Part shown: in pieces, positions 32,505 to 44,957 of the stretch
Layout: the number at the start of each line of letters is the position of its first letter
Numbering within the stretch: position 1 is the first letter of the stretch
Source: Scyliorhinus canicula
Lineage: Eukaryota
NCBI RefSeq assembly: GCF_902713615.1
Contig: NW_024055477.1
Span: 62,001 to 126,000, forward strand
DNA length: 64,000 nt
Reading direction: 5' to 3'
Program-made: the position numbers and the translations under genes
The notes under the pieces: generated by a model
The model's input: only the letters and a program-made list of their open reading frames with translations
The model's database searches: none
What the model was told of the DNA's origin: nothing

Positions 32505-35500
32505 ACCCCACTCTTGATGATTCTCTCCATTTCTCTCTACATGCACTTTTGCAGCAGAAAAATGATGGATTATATATTTCATTAAGAGTGGAAGGTATTG
32601 ATATCGATTTTCTATTTGATACTGGAGCTGAACTTACCTGTGTTACTGAACAGAATGCTGCTTTCTTTCCCCTGACTTCAGAGAAAATAGAAGCTTTGGC
32701 TGCAGGAGGAGACTCTGTCCCTCTTCGGAAGACTATACCACTGCTCTTAGAATTTGGACCACATCAACTGATAGCGTCAATATGGGTAGGTCCGGTAACA
32801 CAAGCACTTCTAGGTATGGACATCTTATCACAACTAAATTCTTCACTCAATTTCAATAATGGGAAAATTACCTGGTCCATTAGACACATAAAAAAAGATG
32901 AAATACAACATCATCCAATTTGGGCAATTGACAAAAATGATTGTGGTCTTTTGAAAATGGACCCAGTTACTTTCATGGGATCAGCTCCACCTTGTACCAA
33001 ACAATACCCCATTAGCAAAACGTCAATTCAAGGTATTCTACCTATAATAAAACAACTTGAAGAAAGGGATATTTTAGTGCGTATTCACAGTTCATCAAAC
33101 AGCCCTGTATGGCCTGTGAAAAAGGCTAATGGTACATGGCGCCTTACTATTGACTACAGAAAGGCAAATCAATTCATTGTCAGAAAAGCTCCTTTAGTGG
33201 CAGATCCATCTACAATTTTTAACTCTTTAACTCCTGACCTTCAGTGGTTTTCAGTCATTGATATGGCAAATGGCTTCTGGTCAGTACCATTAGCTAAACA
33301 AGTACAACCATGGTTTGCTTTTACAGTCAATCAACAACAGTACACATGGACTAGACTACCGCAAGGTTTTCACAATAGCCCATCTATCTACCACATGGCT
33401 CTGCAGAATCACATCAGGGAACTGCCTGATCTGCCTTCAACCATTATTCAGTATGTAGATGATGTTCTGTTAGCCTCCATCAATAAAGATGACCATGAAA
33501 AGGACTTACGGGTGGTCTTGAACCACCTCAGTGCAAATGGTCACAAAGCTAGCTTTGCAAAAGCACAAATTACCCAGGAGGAAGTTGTTTACTTGGGACA
33601 GAAAATTTCCAAAGGCAAAAGGGAACTTACTCAGAACAGAACAGCTGCCATCAAAGCAGCTAAAGAACCCTCAACTGTACAGGAAGTCAGATCTTTCTTG
33701 GGACTCTGTAATTTTAACAGAAATTGGATTGATTCTTATACTCAGTTATGCCAGCCATTGAATGATCTTCTAAAAGGAAACAGAAAATCAAAAGATTGAG
33801 TTAAACTCAATTCTGAACAAAAACAATCATTTCTGAATTTGAAAAAGGTCCTGTGTTCAGCGCCAGCCTTAGGTATTCCAAACAACGGAAAACCTTTTAC
33901 CATGTTTGTTCATGAAAGAGATGGTTACATGACTGCAGTACTAGCTCAAGAACATGGTGATCAGTTAAGACCAGTTGGGTACTATTCCCTTAAACTTGAC
34001 AATGTGGCACTAGCATTTGGCAGTTGCTTACGAGCCATGGAAGCTACATGTCGAGCTGTAATGATTACATCTGGACTTGTTCTAGACCAAAAGTTAATCA
34101 TTAAATGTCCACATTCAGTCCATTCTCTACTATCCATGAACAGAGTGTCACAAGTTACATCAGCTAGATGGACTAGATGGACAGCAGTTTTGGAAGCTCC
34201 CAACCTATATTTTCACAAAGCCAGTCCTGTAAACCCATCGTCCTTGCTCCCACTTCCCGGGGAACAAGGGAAGGGAGAGAGAGAAGTGCATGACTGTGTG
34301 AAAATAATAGAGGAAATGGAAGAAGTACGCTTAGTAGAAGAAGAGCCACTACAGAACCCAGATTTAATCCTATTCACAGATGGTTCCTCTTTTATTGGCA
34401 AGGGTATCAGGAAAGCTGGGTGGGCAGTCACAAGCCCATACGAAGTATCAGCTGAAGGAAGTTTGCCCCCAGCTACATCAGCTCAGCAGGCCGAATTAAA
34501 GGCACTTACAGAAGCATGTCATGTGGCAAGAGATAAAACTGCTAACATCTATACTGACTCCAGATATGGTTTTGGAGTAGCACATGATTTTGGCTAACTG
34601 TGGAGGAAAAGAGGATTTCTCACAACAGCAGGTACACCTATCCGAAATGGAAAGGAAGTACGAGATCTTCTAGAAGCTATGACCTTGCCCAAAGAAGTAT
34701 CAGTTCTAAAATGTAAAGCCCATACACATGAGGACACTATGGAAGCAAGAGGAAATGCTCTTGCGGACCAAGCAGCAAGGGAAGCTGCCTCCCTTTGTGC
34801 CTCTCATTGGCATCAGGAATCCAGTCACATTTACAAATTGGGAGTAACCACCTTATTACATGATTTACGTGAAATGCAGAATGATTGTACAAAGGAAGAA
34901 AAATGGAAATGGTTAGAATCAGGTATTCAACCGTATGATGATGAAATTTGGAGAGAAGTTCAAACTTGTAAACCAGTTGCACCGCAATCACTAATGCCCT
35001 TCTTAGCTCAACAAATTCATTCATGGGGACACATATCACCTCAACAAATGATGGATCGATTCCATAGAAGTTGGTGTGATATTCAAAAAACATGCACAAT
35101 TGGTAGCAAACCGATGTGTAACCTGTCAAAAGAATAACTTGGGTCCTATAACATCAATGCCTCAATTAAGAGCTCCTGCTCCTGCAGGTCCATTCCAGGA
35201 CTTACAAGTAGATTACATCACTCTTCCTAAATGTCAACAGTACAATGACGTCCTTGTAATAGTGGATAAATTCTCCAGATGGGTGGAAGCTGCTCCAGCT
35301 AGAAAAGGGGCAGCTGCCCATACAGCCAAAGTGCTACGCAAAGACTTTATTCCCAGATGGGGAGTACCAGCTAGCATTGACTCAGACAATGGAACCCACT
35401 TTACAGGAGCTGTTTGTAGGGAAGTCTGTAAACTACGAAACATTAACTGGAATTTACACTGTCCTTATCATCCACAATCATCAGGACAAGTGGAACGTAT

Positions 35501-35950
35501 GAATCGAACTTTGAAAGAAAGACTGTCTAAATACAGCCAGGAAGGCATGAATTGGGACCAAGCTTTGCCAATAGTATTATGCAGCATTAGAGCAACACCA
35601 AATAGAACAACAGGCCTGAGCCCTTTTGAAATCATCACAGGCAGACCAATGTCTCTGCCAGGAACTATTGACTTGAGGAAAGCAGACTGTCATTTAATGA
35701 GTGATGCTTTGCTGTCTTACTGTCAAAATCTGCTTCTCAACAGGTGTTAACTGCGTGGGGTGATCCTCCGGAGGGTGGACACGACCTGGTGCCCGGTGAA
35801 GAAGTGTACGTCAAAAAGCTGCAAAAGGAACCTTTGGGATTAAAGTGGGTAGGTCCTTTCGTAATCCTTCTCACCACCCAATCCGCTGTTAAGTTAAAAG
35901 GAAAGAAAAGTTGGATTCACGCATCGCACGTGAAGCGCGCGTACAAGTAA
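32489..35950 (+). pseudogene. pol: Retroviral pro-pol (PR, RT, RNase H, IN) with two stops and two frameshifts
   Basis: FLFDTGA; LPQGFHNSP and YVDD; FTDGSS, AQQAEL, YTDSRY; IDSDNGTHF, PQSSGQVERMN; GPF module. Stops at 33797-33799 and 34595-34597; frameshifts at about 35065 and 35735. Confidence 0.95.
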
Positions 35951-35951
35951 A

Positions 35952-37313
35952 ATGTTTGCCGCAATTTTAATTTTCAGTTATTTGATTGACTTCGTGAATG
36001 TTGTATCAGAAATGAATAAGAACACATTCCTTTACACAGCTAAGATATATGCTGAAAACTTTAACATTTCTAATTGTTGGGTATGCATTGCAACCCCTAC
36101 TAACTCAGGGGAGGGTATTCCCTTTCTAACTATTCCCTTTAATGCTTCAGAAACAGCAGAATTGTACATCTATCAAAATGTCCCTCGCTCTGTGGTGACC
36201 CGTTCTGGAGCATATACATGTGAAAATGGGAGGTACCAGGTTGACATCCAAAAATCTATTAACTTATGGAAATCTGCAGGCTATCCACTAAACACCTTTT
36301 CAGGATGGCACCAACTTCAATTTAGCCCTGACAAAAAACCTCAACATCTTAACCTCCCAACTAATATTAAACAAAAAGGACCAATTTGCCTCGTCAGTAA
36401 GGACCCTAAAGGGATACCAATGGGTAATAGTAATTGTACTAGCTATGCAGATGTTAACACAGCTTTTAAATGTACTAACGACCGCTTAGAAAGAGTTATG
36501 CGGTCCTCAAGGATAACAGGCATACCTAACCTCAGAAATAATAAAACATTCGAAGACCAATGGCTCTTAGAATATATTTACTCATATTCTGCTTATAATG
36601 GAACTTATTTTATTTGTGATGATAAAGCATATCCCTGGCTCCCAAGATCCTGGTCAGGATCTTGCTATTTAGGATACATGGTACCTGCCATTCGTCATGT
36701 GACTAATCTCCTGCATATTTCAGAAATGACTGTTCAAAGAAAAAAACGTTCTATCACCTTTAGATATGCAATTTTTGCTAGATTCATTCCTTTCTATTGG
36801 GAAGTAAGGATGGAGAATGAGTTAAATAAAATAACAACCATCATACAAGATGTGGCAGAATACACTGCCACTGCCCTAGACAAAATCTCTGACGAAATGC
36901 GAACAATTCAAACCGTGGTATTGCAAAATCGAATGGCACTTGACTATGTGCTAGCCAAAAACGGTGGCACGTGCGCCCTGATTGGTGCAGAATGTTGCAC
37001 TTTCATTCCTGATAACTCTGAAGAAGTTAAAGATTTGGTATTACATATCCAAAAAGAAATCAAAAAACTTGATCCATCCCAAGTTCTCTCTCTCTGGGAT
37101 AGAATTTGCAGGTGGTTTGGACACACAGGAATGTCCATAATGAGAATAATCCTATTCTCCTGTGAAGCTGGATTCATCATTTATATGACATACCAATGTG
37201 CTACGTGCATCAAAGAACTATTCGCTAAGTGCAGGGGGCCAACTGTCAGAATGATTCACACTAACCCTACTGCACCCCCAATTGATGAATTTGAGGTGAA
37301 ATACTTTTGTTGA
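35952..37313 (+). CDS. env: Gamma-type retroviral envelope, uninterrupted 453-aa ORF
   Basis: Signal peptide, CWVC, furin site RKKR, ISD LQNRMALDYVLA, CX6CC (CALIGAECC), C-terminal hydrophobic anchor and tail. Confidence 0.92.
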   Translation: MFAAILIFSYLIDFVNVVSEMNKNTFLYTAKIYAENFNISNCWVCIATPTNSGEGIPFLTIPFNASETAELYIYQNVPRSVVTRSGAYTCENGRYQVDIQKSINLWKSAGYPLNTFSGWHQLQFSPDKKPQHLNLPTNIKQKGPICLVSKDPKGIPMGNSNCTSYADVNTAFKCTNDRLERVMRSSRITGIPNLRNNKTFEDQWLLEYIYSYSAYNGTYFICDDKAYPWLPRSWSGSCYLGYMVPAIRHVTNLLHISEMTVQRKKRSITFRYAIFARFIPFYWEVRMENELNKITTIIQDVAEYTATALDKISDEMRTIQTVVLQNRMALDYVLAKNGGTCALIGAECCTFIPDNSEEVKDLVLHIQKEIKKLDPSQVLSLWDRICRWFGHTGMSIMRIILFSCEAGFIIYMTYQCATCIKELFAKCRGPTVRMIHTNPTAPPIDEFEVKYFC

Positions 37314-37599
37314 AATGTTAACCGTAATATTATCAATCAATTATTTGTATAATCTATTAATACTGAATCTGTAGCATCAAATTTGACTAATCTATTAATT
37401 GTTATTTTGTAATAATGATTCTTTAAGAATTTTAATGATTATTGTTGAAATACTTGTTGCAATGCTAAGTTTCCATTCTATTGTTTAAATCTGCAATGAC
37501 AATATGAATGAATTATTCTTTGCGCTTTTACCTATCCTATCGCTTTAATGATATCTTTTATCTTATTCTGATATATCTCACTTGATCTTTCGATTTATC

Positions 37600-37610
37600 A
37601 AAGGGGCGAC
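37600..37610 (+). other. Polypurine tract
   Basis: AAAGGGGCGAC immediately before the 3' LTR TGT. Confidence 0.7.
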
Positions 37611-38699
37611 TGTACAAGTCAGGTATTTTAAATACACTTAATATAGGTAAAAAGGCTGTTTAAAGCATAAATATTAAATCCCAGTTTTAAAATGAAAGAA
37701 ACATACAATTTCCAAACTCAGACATGAGTTTGGAAACCACAGAGCGGCTGATAAAAACATCACATTTTTCCAAGGGCATGGGCTAAATCCCATGGGCTGT
37801 AAGGTGGAAGCATTAAAGGCGCCATTGTTCTGATTTCAGGCCACTTGTGATAACAGCCTGAACCACATTCCATAACGTATGCAAGCCGAAACATTTTAGA
37901 CTGTGTCAAAAAAAGTTTCAATTATATTTTCGAATTATGCCATGATGAGATGACATAACGTCTCAATTGTTGCAGATAAGCAACAATTGGAAGTGGCGTT
38001 GCATCGTGAGGATGGACGGCTTGTTATCAAATCAAATGTGTTTTGAATAAAGCTTAAACCAATTAGGATTATATTGGGGTGTGATCGGATCGCTTAAGAC
38101 AGATATGAAATAGTATATCCATGGATGATTTGGCCACCATTTTGGACAGAAAGAGACAGAAAGAGACAGACAGAAAGAGACAGACAGAAAGAGACAGAGA
38201 AAGAAAGGAAGAAAGAGACAGAGAGAAAGAGACAGAGAGAGAGAGAGAAAGTAAAGGAAGAGAATTAGAAAAGAGTTCTGTATTCCTATTTCATTTTCAT
38301 ACTTTGACTTCAGCCTTTGACTTTTAAAGTTGTGTTCAGGCTATTGTCTCAGAAGATAATTCCTGTGATTCTTTGAAGAAAATCAAATTGTCTACAAACT
38401 ACCTTTTAAATCATTTTCAAGTTGTAACCAATGAACTTCAAATAAACAATTCTTATTTGCACCTGACAAGTTTTCAACTTGAATTTCTACTGAGTTTCAA
38501 CAATGTCTCAACAACAACCGGTAAATTGAATAAAACTTCACAATCCGAAGATACAACACCAGTCCATGGCTTTCTCCCTCATTGTCTAAAACACATCAGC
38601 AACTTTTGTATAATCCTGGTGCATACATTTCCGTCTAAATCACTGATATATACCGGAAACTGTGGAGCCCCACTGGAAACAGACGTCCAGGCATCATTC

Positions 38700-40679
38700 A
38701 GTCCTGGATGTGACTAACAGCTGCAACAACAGCTGAATCCAAACCCTGCTGTTGCCTGTGAACTTGCTGATGTCTGTGCAGGTTGTTTGACTGAGTGAAT
38801 CTCCTCCCACACACGGAGCAGTTCATAGAATTTACAGTGCAGAAGGAGGCCATTCGGCCCATCGAGTCTGCACCGGCTCCTGGAAAGAGCAACCTACCCA
38901 AGGTTAATACCTCCACCCTATTCCCATAACCCAGCAACCCCACCCAACACTAAGGGCAATTTTGGACACTAAGGGGAATTTATCATGGCCAATCCACCTA
39001 ACTTGCACATCTTTGGACTATGGGAGGAAACCTACGCACACACGGGGAGGATGTGCAGACTCCGCACAGACAGTGACCCAAGCCGGAATCGAACCTGGGA
39101 CCCTGGAGCTGTGAAGCGATTGTGCTATCCACAATGCTACCGTGCTGCCCAGTTACACAGCCTCTCTCCAGTACCGCTCTCACATGTGGGCCACACGGTA
39201 CACAGTGGTTAGCACTGTTGCTTCAAGCTCCAGGGTCCCAGAATTCCCGGCTTGGCTCACTGACTGTGCGGAGTTTGCACGTTCTCCCCATGTCTGCGCA
39301 GGTTTCCTCCGGGTGTCCAGTTTCCTCCCACAAGTCAAAAAATGTGTAGATTACATGGATTGGCCATGCTAAATTGCCCTGAGTGTCCAAAAAGGTTAGG
39401 TGGGGTTATGGGTTAGGTTGGAGGTATGGGCTGAAGCAAGCTGCTCTTTGCAAGGGCCGGTGCACTCGATGGGCCGAATGCTCTCCTTCTGCACTATAAA
39501 TTCTATGATTCTGTTTCAGTGTGAACTCGTTGGTGTTTCTGCAGATTCGGTTTACCTTTAAATCTCTTTTCTCAGTCAGAACATTAAAAAAGTTTCTGAT
39601 CAATGTGAACAAATCGGTGTGTCATCGAGTGGGATGACTGAGTAAATTTCTTGTCACACACGGGGCACGTGTACAGCCTCTGCCCAGTGTGAACTCCTGG
39701 GGTTGCAGAAGCTGGGATGAACATGTGAATCTCTTCTCATACACGGAGTAGGTGAATGACCTCCCCCAGTGTGAGTGCGTTGATGTGTCAGTAACTCCTT
39801 TCTGCGTTCAAAGCTCTTCTCAGTCAGCACATTTAAAAGGTCTCTGATCAGTATGAACAAGTTGGTGCTCCAGGAGGTGGTATGACTGAGTGAATCCCTT
39901 CCCACACACGGAGCAGGTGAATGGCCTCTCCCCAGTGTGTTTGCGCTGGTGTCTCAGTAAACTCATTTTACTTTTGAAGCTCTTCTCACAGTCAGAACAT
40001 TTAAAACGTCTCTGATCAGTATGAACAAGTTGGTGTCTAAGGAGATCTGATGACTGAGTGAATCCCGTCCCACACACGGAGCAGTGTGAGTACGTTGATG
40101 TCTCAGTAAATTCATTTTACTTTTAAAACTCTTCTCACAGTAAGCACATTTAAAAGGTCTCTGATCAGTATGAACAAGTTGGTGTTTCAGGAGGGACGAT
40201 GACTGAGTGAATCCCTTCCCACACACAGAGCAGGTGAATGGCCTCTCCCCAGTGTGAGTGCGTTGGTGTTTCAGTAAATTCATTTTACTTTTAAAACTCT
40301 TCTCACAGTCAGCACATTTAAAAGGTCTCTGATCAGTATGAACAAGTTGGTGGCTGAGGAGGGAGGATGACTGAGTGAATCCCTTCCCACACACGGAGGT
40401 GAATGGCTTCTCTCCAGTGTGAGTGCGTTGATGTGTCAGTAATTCCTTTCTGCTTTTAAAGCTCATCTCACAGTCAGCACATTTAAAAGGTCTCTGATCA
40501 GTATGAACAAGTTGGTGTGTCAGGAGGCATGATGACCTAGTGAATCCCTTCCCACATATGGAGCAGGTGAACGGCCTTTCCCCAGTGTGAATATGTCGAT
40601 GAGTTTCCAATACAGATGGGGAATTGAATCCCATCCCACAGTCCCTGCATTTCCACGGTTTCTCCATGGGTATTGACAA
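38700..40679 (-). pseudogene. Tandem C2H2 zinc-finger pseudogene A
   Basis: MEKPWKC start and more than 10 fingers; one finger lacks a Cys; deletion/frameshift at about 40085; later stop; last finger split by two SINEs; upstream exon/intron remnants at 40790-42000. Confidence 0.88.
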
Positions 40680-42329
40680 GTTATCAGGTGCAGGTGGGAT
40701 CCAGATTTGAGGTCACTATCAGATCAGCCGTGATGTTGTTAAATGTAGAACAGGCTCACGGGGCTGAATGTCCTATTGCTGCTTCTTGATTCCTTTGGTG
40801 CGAATGTCCTTATGTCTCTCCAACTTGGATCATCAGATGAAGCCAGAGTACGGTGTCTCCCTGATGTAAATGTTGCAACTTAATTTCATGCTTTGTGATC
40901 GGCTAAAGCTCAGTTCCAGCTAACTGTGGAAAATTACTTAGATGTCTGTGTCTCGGTGCTTTTCCAATCAACAGTGATTTTCGAAATTTTTTCCAAAAGA
41001 CACAAAGCAAACATTTCTCCTTGCACGTTGAAAGGCCGGTCCTGATTAATCACGTGACTCTGTCAGATCTCGACATGATATTTGCATCTGCAAATATTCT
41101 GTAAAAGCAGATTACGTTGAAATATTGTGAAATATGAATACAATCGGCATTCTGTCCAATTTGCTGCTTCAATCCTCTCCAACTCCCGTCACACCTATAA
41201 TCTAGCCTTCACTGTAATTTTTCCATGACTTGTACCGTTCTTTGAAAACACCTTCTCAACCTCCGTGGAAGTGCACATTCTGAAGTGACTAGTCAGTCAC
41301 CTGGATTTATTCAACCTGTATTCATGACTTGTTGTTTGTTGAAATGAAATGAACGAAAATCTGTCACAAGCCGCTTTCAAATGAAGTTACTGTGACAAGC
41401 CCCTAGTCGCCACATTTCGGCACCTATTTGGGGAGGCTGGTACAGGAATTGAACTGGTCTGCTGGCCTGCCTTGGTCTGCTTTCAAAGCCAGCGATTAGC
41501 CCAGTGTGCTAAACCATGGTCACTCTCTCACATTGCCCCCCTCCATTTAATCTTTCCTGAGAGCTGTAATCTCTCGTTACAAACGTCATCACTGTCAATG
41601 CAGGACAGAATTCACAAAGAGACAAACTTTTCCGTTGGGTTCAGTTTGTTGTGTGCAAATTATCCACTTCCAATATCCTGTAAAAGGAGTTTACAAAAGC
41701 CATCACTGTCAGTCCAGGATAGAAATTCTGAACAGGCAATTGTAGTTTCTCTCTGGAACTTTTTTCCTCCCCTTGTTCCCACAAAGCTGTAAATCCCTGT
41801 CCCACACACTCTCCCTCCTCCCTGAACTGAAATCCAAACCCATCTCACCATCTTTTTTTCCTCCCTCTCCTCTGCCTGGGTTCAGTTCTCCAGCTCCTGT
41901 CTGCAGACTGACAATAAAATCAATGGGTCTCAATTGGGGGGTTGGGGCCTCCAGCGGGTGTTTGTGAATCCTCCCGCCCACCTGCCAGGGTTTCCTTCCT
42001 TGCCAGAGATCAGAGTCCTCATTGATTTGAGTGCAAAGTGTCAGCTCTTATTTATTTTTTTTTTGAAAATTTAGATTACCCAATAATCTTTTCCAATTAA
42101 GGGGCAATTTAGCGTGGCCAATCCACCAACTCTGCACATTTTTGGGTTGTGGGGGCAAAACCCACACAGACACGGGGAGAATGTGCAAACTCCACACAGT
42201 GACCCAGAGCCGGGATCAAACCTGGGACCTCAGCGCCGTGAGGCGGTTGTGCTAACCACTTGGCCACCGTGCTGCCCCAGCTCTTATTTATTATCCCCCT
42301 CCCCCATCCTGTGATGTGAACCACCCTCC

Positions 42330-43150
42330 AGTGTGTGAAGCAGGAATGGTGCCCGTTAACCTGGGCCTGTTCCCGGGAGAGAGGGAGAAGCTCCGCAGCT
42401 GCAAACCAGGGAGCTGACAATGATGGTGAAGGGTTTGCTCCAGCTCACAATGCCCGGGAACTGATTGACGGCGGGTCTGGACCAATAGGAAGAGTGGGCA
42501 GGGCAGGAAGACCGAACGAGAGCGGCTGGTCCTCCAGCCAATCAGAGTGAATGGGAGGCGGAGCACATCCGGGACTCTACTCCCTCCGCATGGCGCCGGC
42601 CACCCAGGCCCTGTCTCGGTGAAAAGCCCAATCAGCTTTCACTGGTTCAACTGCTGTGTCCGAGCTTCATATTCGGAGCTTGGGCTACACGGAGTGTTTA
42701 TGAAGCCTCCCGACCCACCCGCCAGCTCCATCCCTCCCTCATGACTTACCCGACGGAATTTGACCAACTCACAATTTCCACCCAACCGCCTCAATCCCGA
42801 ATTGTGATCGGTACTGCGCATGCTCCAACTAACTTGGAAGACCGGGCCCAGCCCCGCCCCTCATTCACTCCGATTGGCTGCAAGTACTCCGTCCTCCAGT
42901 CCCGCCACCCTCGTCCTATTGGTCCAGAGCTGCCGTCAATTATTCCCTTGGAATTGTGAGCTGGAGCATGCGCAGTAGCTGATGCTTGACTCGGCTGGGC
43001 GGTTTCACTGAACCTGATGAAACCCTAATAAGAAGTTTCCGGGCCTCGGGTTTGCATCGAGCGGGGGGACAGCTGCGGCCTGCTCCCGGTGAAGGCCTGA
43101 GTTAACGGCCGCCGCTTATAGAGGCTGCAAACCCGCAGGGGGCAAAACAT
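42330..43150. promoter_or_regulatory. CpG-island bidirectional promoter between ZNF A and a plus-strand ZNF remnant
   Basis: CpG-rich; CCAAT boxes in both orientations; inverted pair of actgcgcatgctcca (42813-42827 / 42962-42976, NRF1-like); GC boxes; minus-strand GTAAGT donor at about 42745-42750. Confidence 0.6.
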
Positions 43151-44518
43151 CAGAGATAGAGTTTGTTGTGAAACCAATGGGATATTGGAAAACAGGAGGT
43201 CAGGGTTACAGTCAACAACAACAACTTATATTTATATAACACCTTTAACATCATAAATCATCCCTGTCAACTTCACAGGAACATTATAAAACAAAGTGAG
43301 ACTCCCAGACACAAAAGGAGATATTAGGGCAGGTGACCAAAAACTTGGTCAAAGAGGTGAATTTTAAAGCGTCTAAGGAGGTAAGTGAGGTGGAGACGGG
43401 TGGTTTAGGGAGGGAATTCAGTGCTTGGGGCCAAGGGAACATAAAACCATGGTGGAGTAATTATAATCGGGGATGGACAAGAGTCCAGGATCAGAGCTGT
43501 ACAGATAGCTCGGGGGGTTGTGGAGCTGGAGGAGATGACAGACACAGGGAGAGACAAGGCCATGGAGGGATTTGAAAACAAGGGTGAGAAATTGACTGGG
43601 AGCGAATGCAAGTCTCAGAGCACAGGGGTCAGAGGGGAAATTAACTTGCTGTGAATTAAGACATGGGTAGCAGACTTTTGGATCGCTTGAAGTTTCCAGA
43701 GGTAGAATGTGGGAGAGCAGCCAGGTGTGTAATGGAATTGTCGAATCGGGAGGTGACGATGGTAAATTGCCTTAGTATCTAAAAAGGTTAGGTGGGGTTA
43801 CGGGGATAGGTGGAAGTCTGTGCTTAGCTAGGGTGCTCTTTTCAAGGGCCGGTGCTGACTAGATGGGCACTTCCGCACTGTAAATTCTACGAGGTCAGAA
43901 GGTCATATTGGATCAAGTGTGAAACCAAATTTACAGTGACTGGCTAAGTCTCAGACTGTTGCCAGGGAGGGGGATAGAGTCGGTATGTCAGGAATGGAGA
44001 TTGGAGCAGGGACCGAACAGTGGATTCAGTCTTCTCCATATTTGATTGAAGTTGTTTAGTCAGCAGGAAGAGAACCAGAATGGGCCCCAAGTCTGATATC
44101 CGGTATAACTTAGTTTGAGAGGGTGAGGAAAAACAAAGAAACCCTGGAAGATTTTGAGAAACGACCTTCACGATTGCTCATCAAATCTCCACAGTAATTT
44201 CTGGACACAAGGTTCATATCTGTTATTCTAATTGGTCAGTCAGAGTCATTCAGATTCATGTCTGTCACAAGTCATGAATGAAGTTACTTATAAAGCATAT
44301 TCTTACCTCTAATTATATAACTTTGGTAAAAGGATACAGAAATAATGATCGAATACTTTATTTGGATTTCAGTCCAGGGAGGAGGGAGAGTGCGTGGGAT
44401 GGGGAGTTACAGCTTTGGGGAAAGAAGAGAGACAAAAATGTTCCCCAGAAACTGGAATTGTCTGTTCTGAATTTCTATCCTGTACTGATTGTGTGGCCTT
44501 TGTCAACTCCTTTTCCAG

Positions 44519-44890
44519 GGCATAGGAGAGGATTTTCAGACAGGAAACACAAACCAAATATCACATTACGATCCGACAGTGTCATTCGGTTGGTATAGAC
44601 CTGAATATCCCAGACTATAAATTGGAATGAAAAATGTTCTGTTTGTGGGAAAATATTTCAAACATCAGTGTGATTGGAAAAGCACCGAGAAACACACGCA
44701 CCTGAGTGAGTGTGTTCCAGTGGACGGACTGTGGAAAGAGCTTTAACCAGTCACAGCCTGAAAAAACACCACACCATTCACGAAGGGGAGAAACCATACA
44801 CGTGTTCTGTGTGAGGACCAAGCTTCACTTGATTGTCTAAAGAGGAAACGGACAAAGACACTGAGTCCATGGAGATACCGTGGAAACCGT
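44519..44890 (+). pseudogene. 5' remnant of a C2H2 ZNF gene
   Basis: Conserved acceptor ccttttccAG, then degenerate EKHRETH..CGKSFNQ..HEGEKPYTCSVC. Confidence 0.7.
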
Positions 44891-44957
44891 GGGGTATAAT
44901 TTTTGCTTGGGGGGTTTCCAAAATGCGAGAGGTCCCGGGTTCATATCCCGGATGAGC
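44891..44957 (+). pseudogene. 5'-truncated tRNA-Pro pseudogene with a different 10-nt insertion at 37/38
   Basis: ggggtataatttttgctt-ggg-g-[gtttccaaaa]-tgcgagaggtcccgggttcatatcccggatgagctc. Confidence 0.6.

Larger units (their letters stand above)
28529..38558 (+). mobile_element. Endogenous retrovirus, LTR-gag-pro/pol-env-LTR (about 10.0 kb)
   Basis: 5' LTR 28529-29530 and 3' LTR 37611-38558 (TG...CA), PBS, PPT, and all retroviral domains in order. Confidence 0.97.

Noticed and set aside
33797-33799. In-frame TGA in pol as programmed readthrough or selenocysteine
   Set aside because: pol has another stop and two frameshifts, so ordinary decay explains it.
28522-38563. Possible 4-bp TSD cagt if the provirus ends are extended to gac-TG...CA-c
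   Set aside because: It needs unprocessed, asymmetric ends, and cagtgac is simply the SINE consensus at that point; the SINE does not resume on the right.
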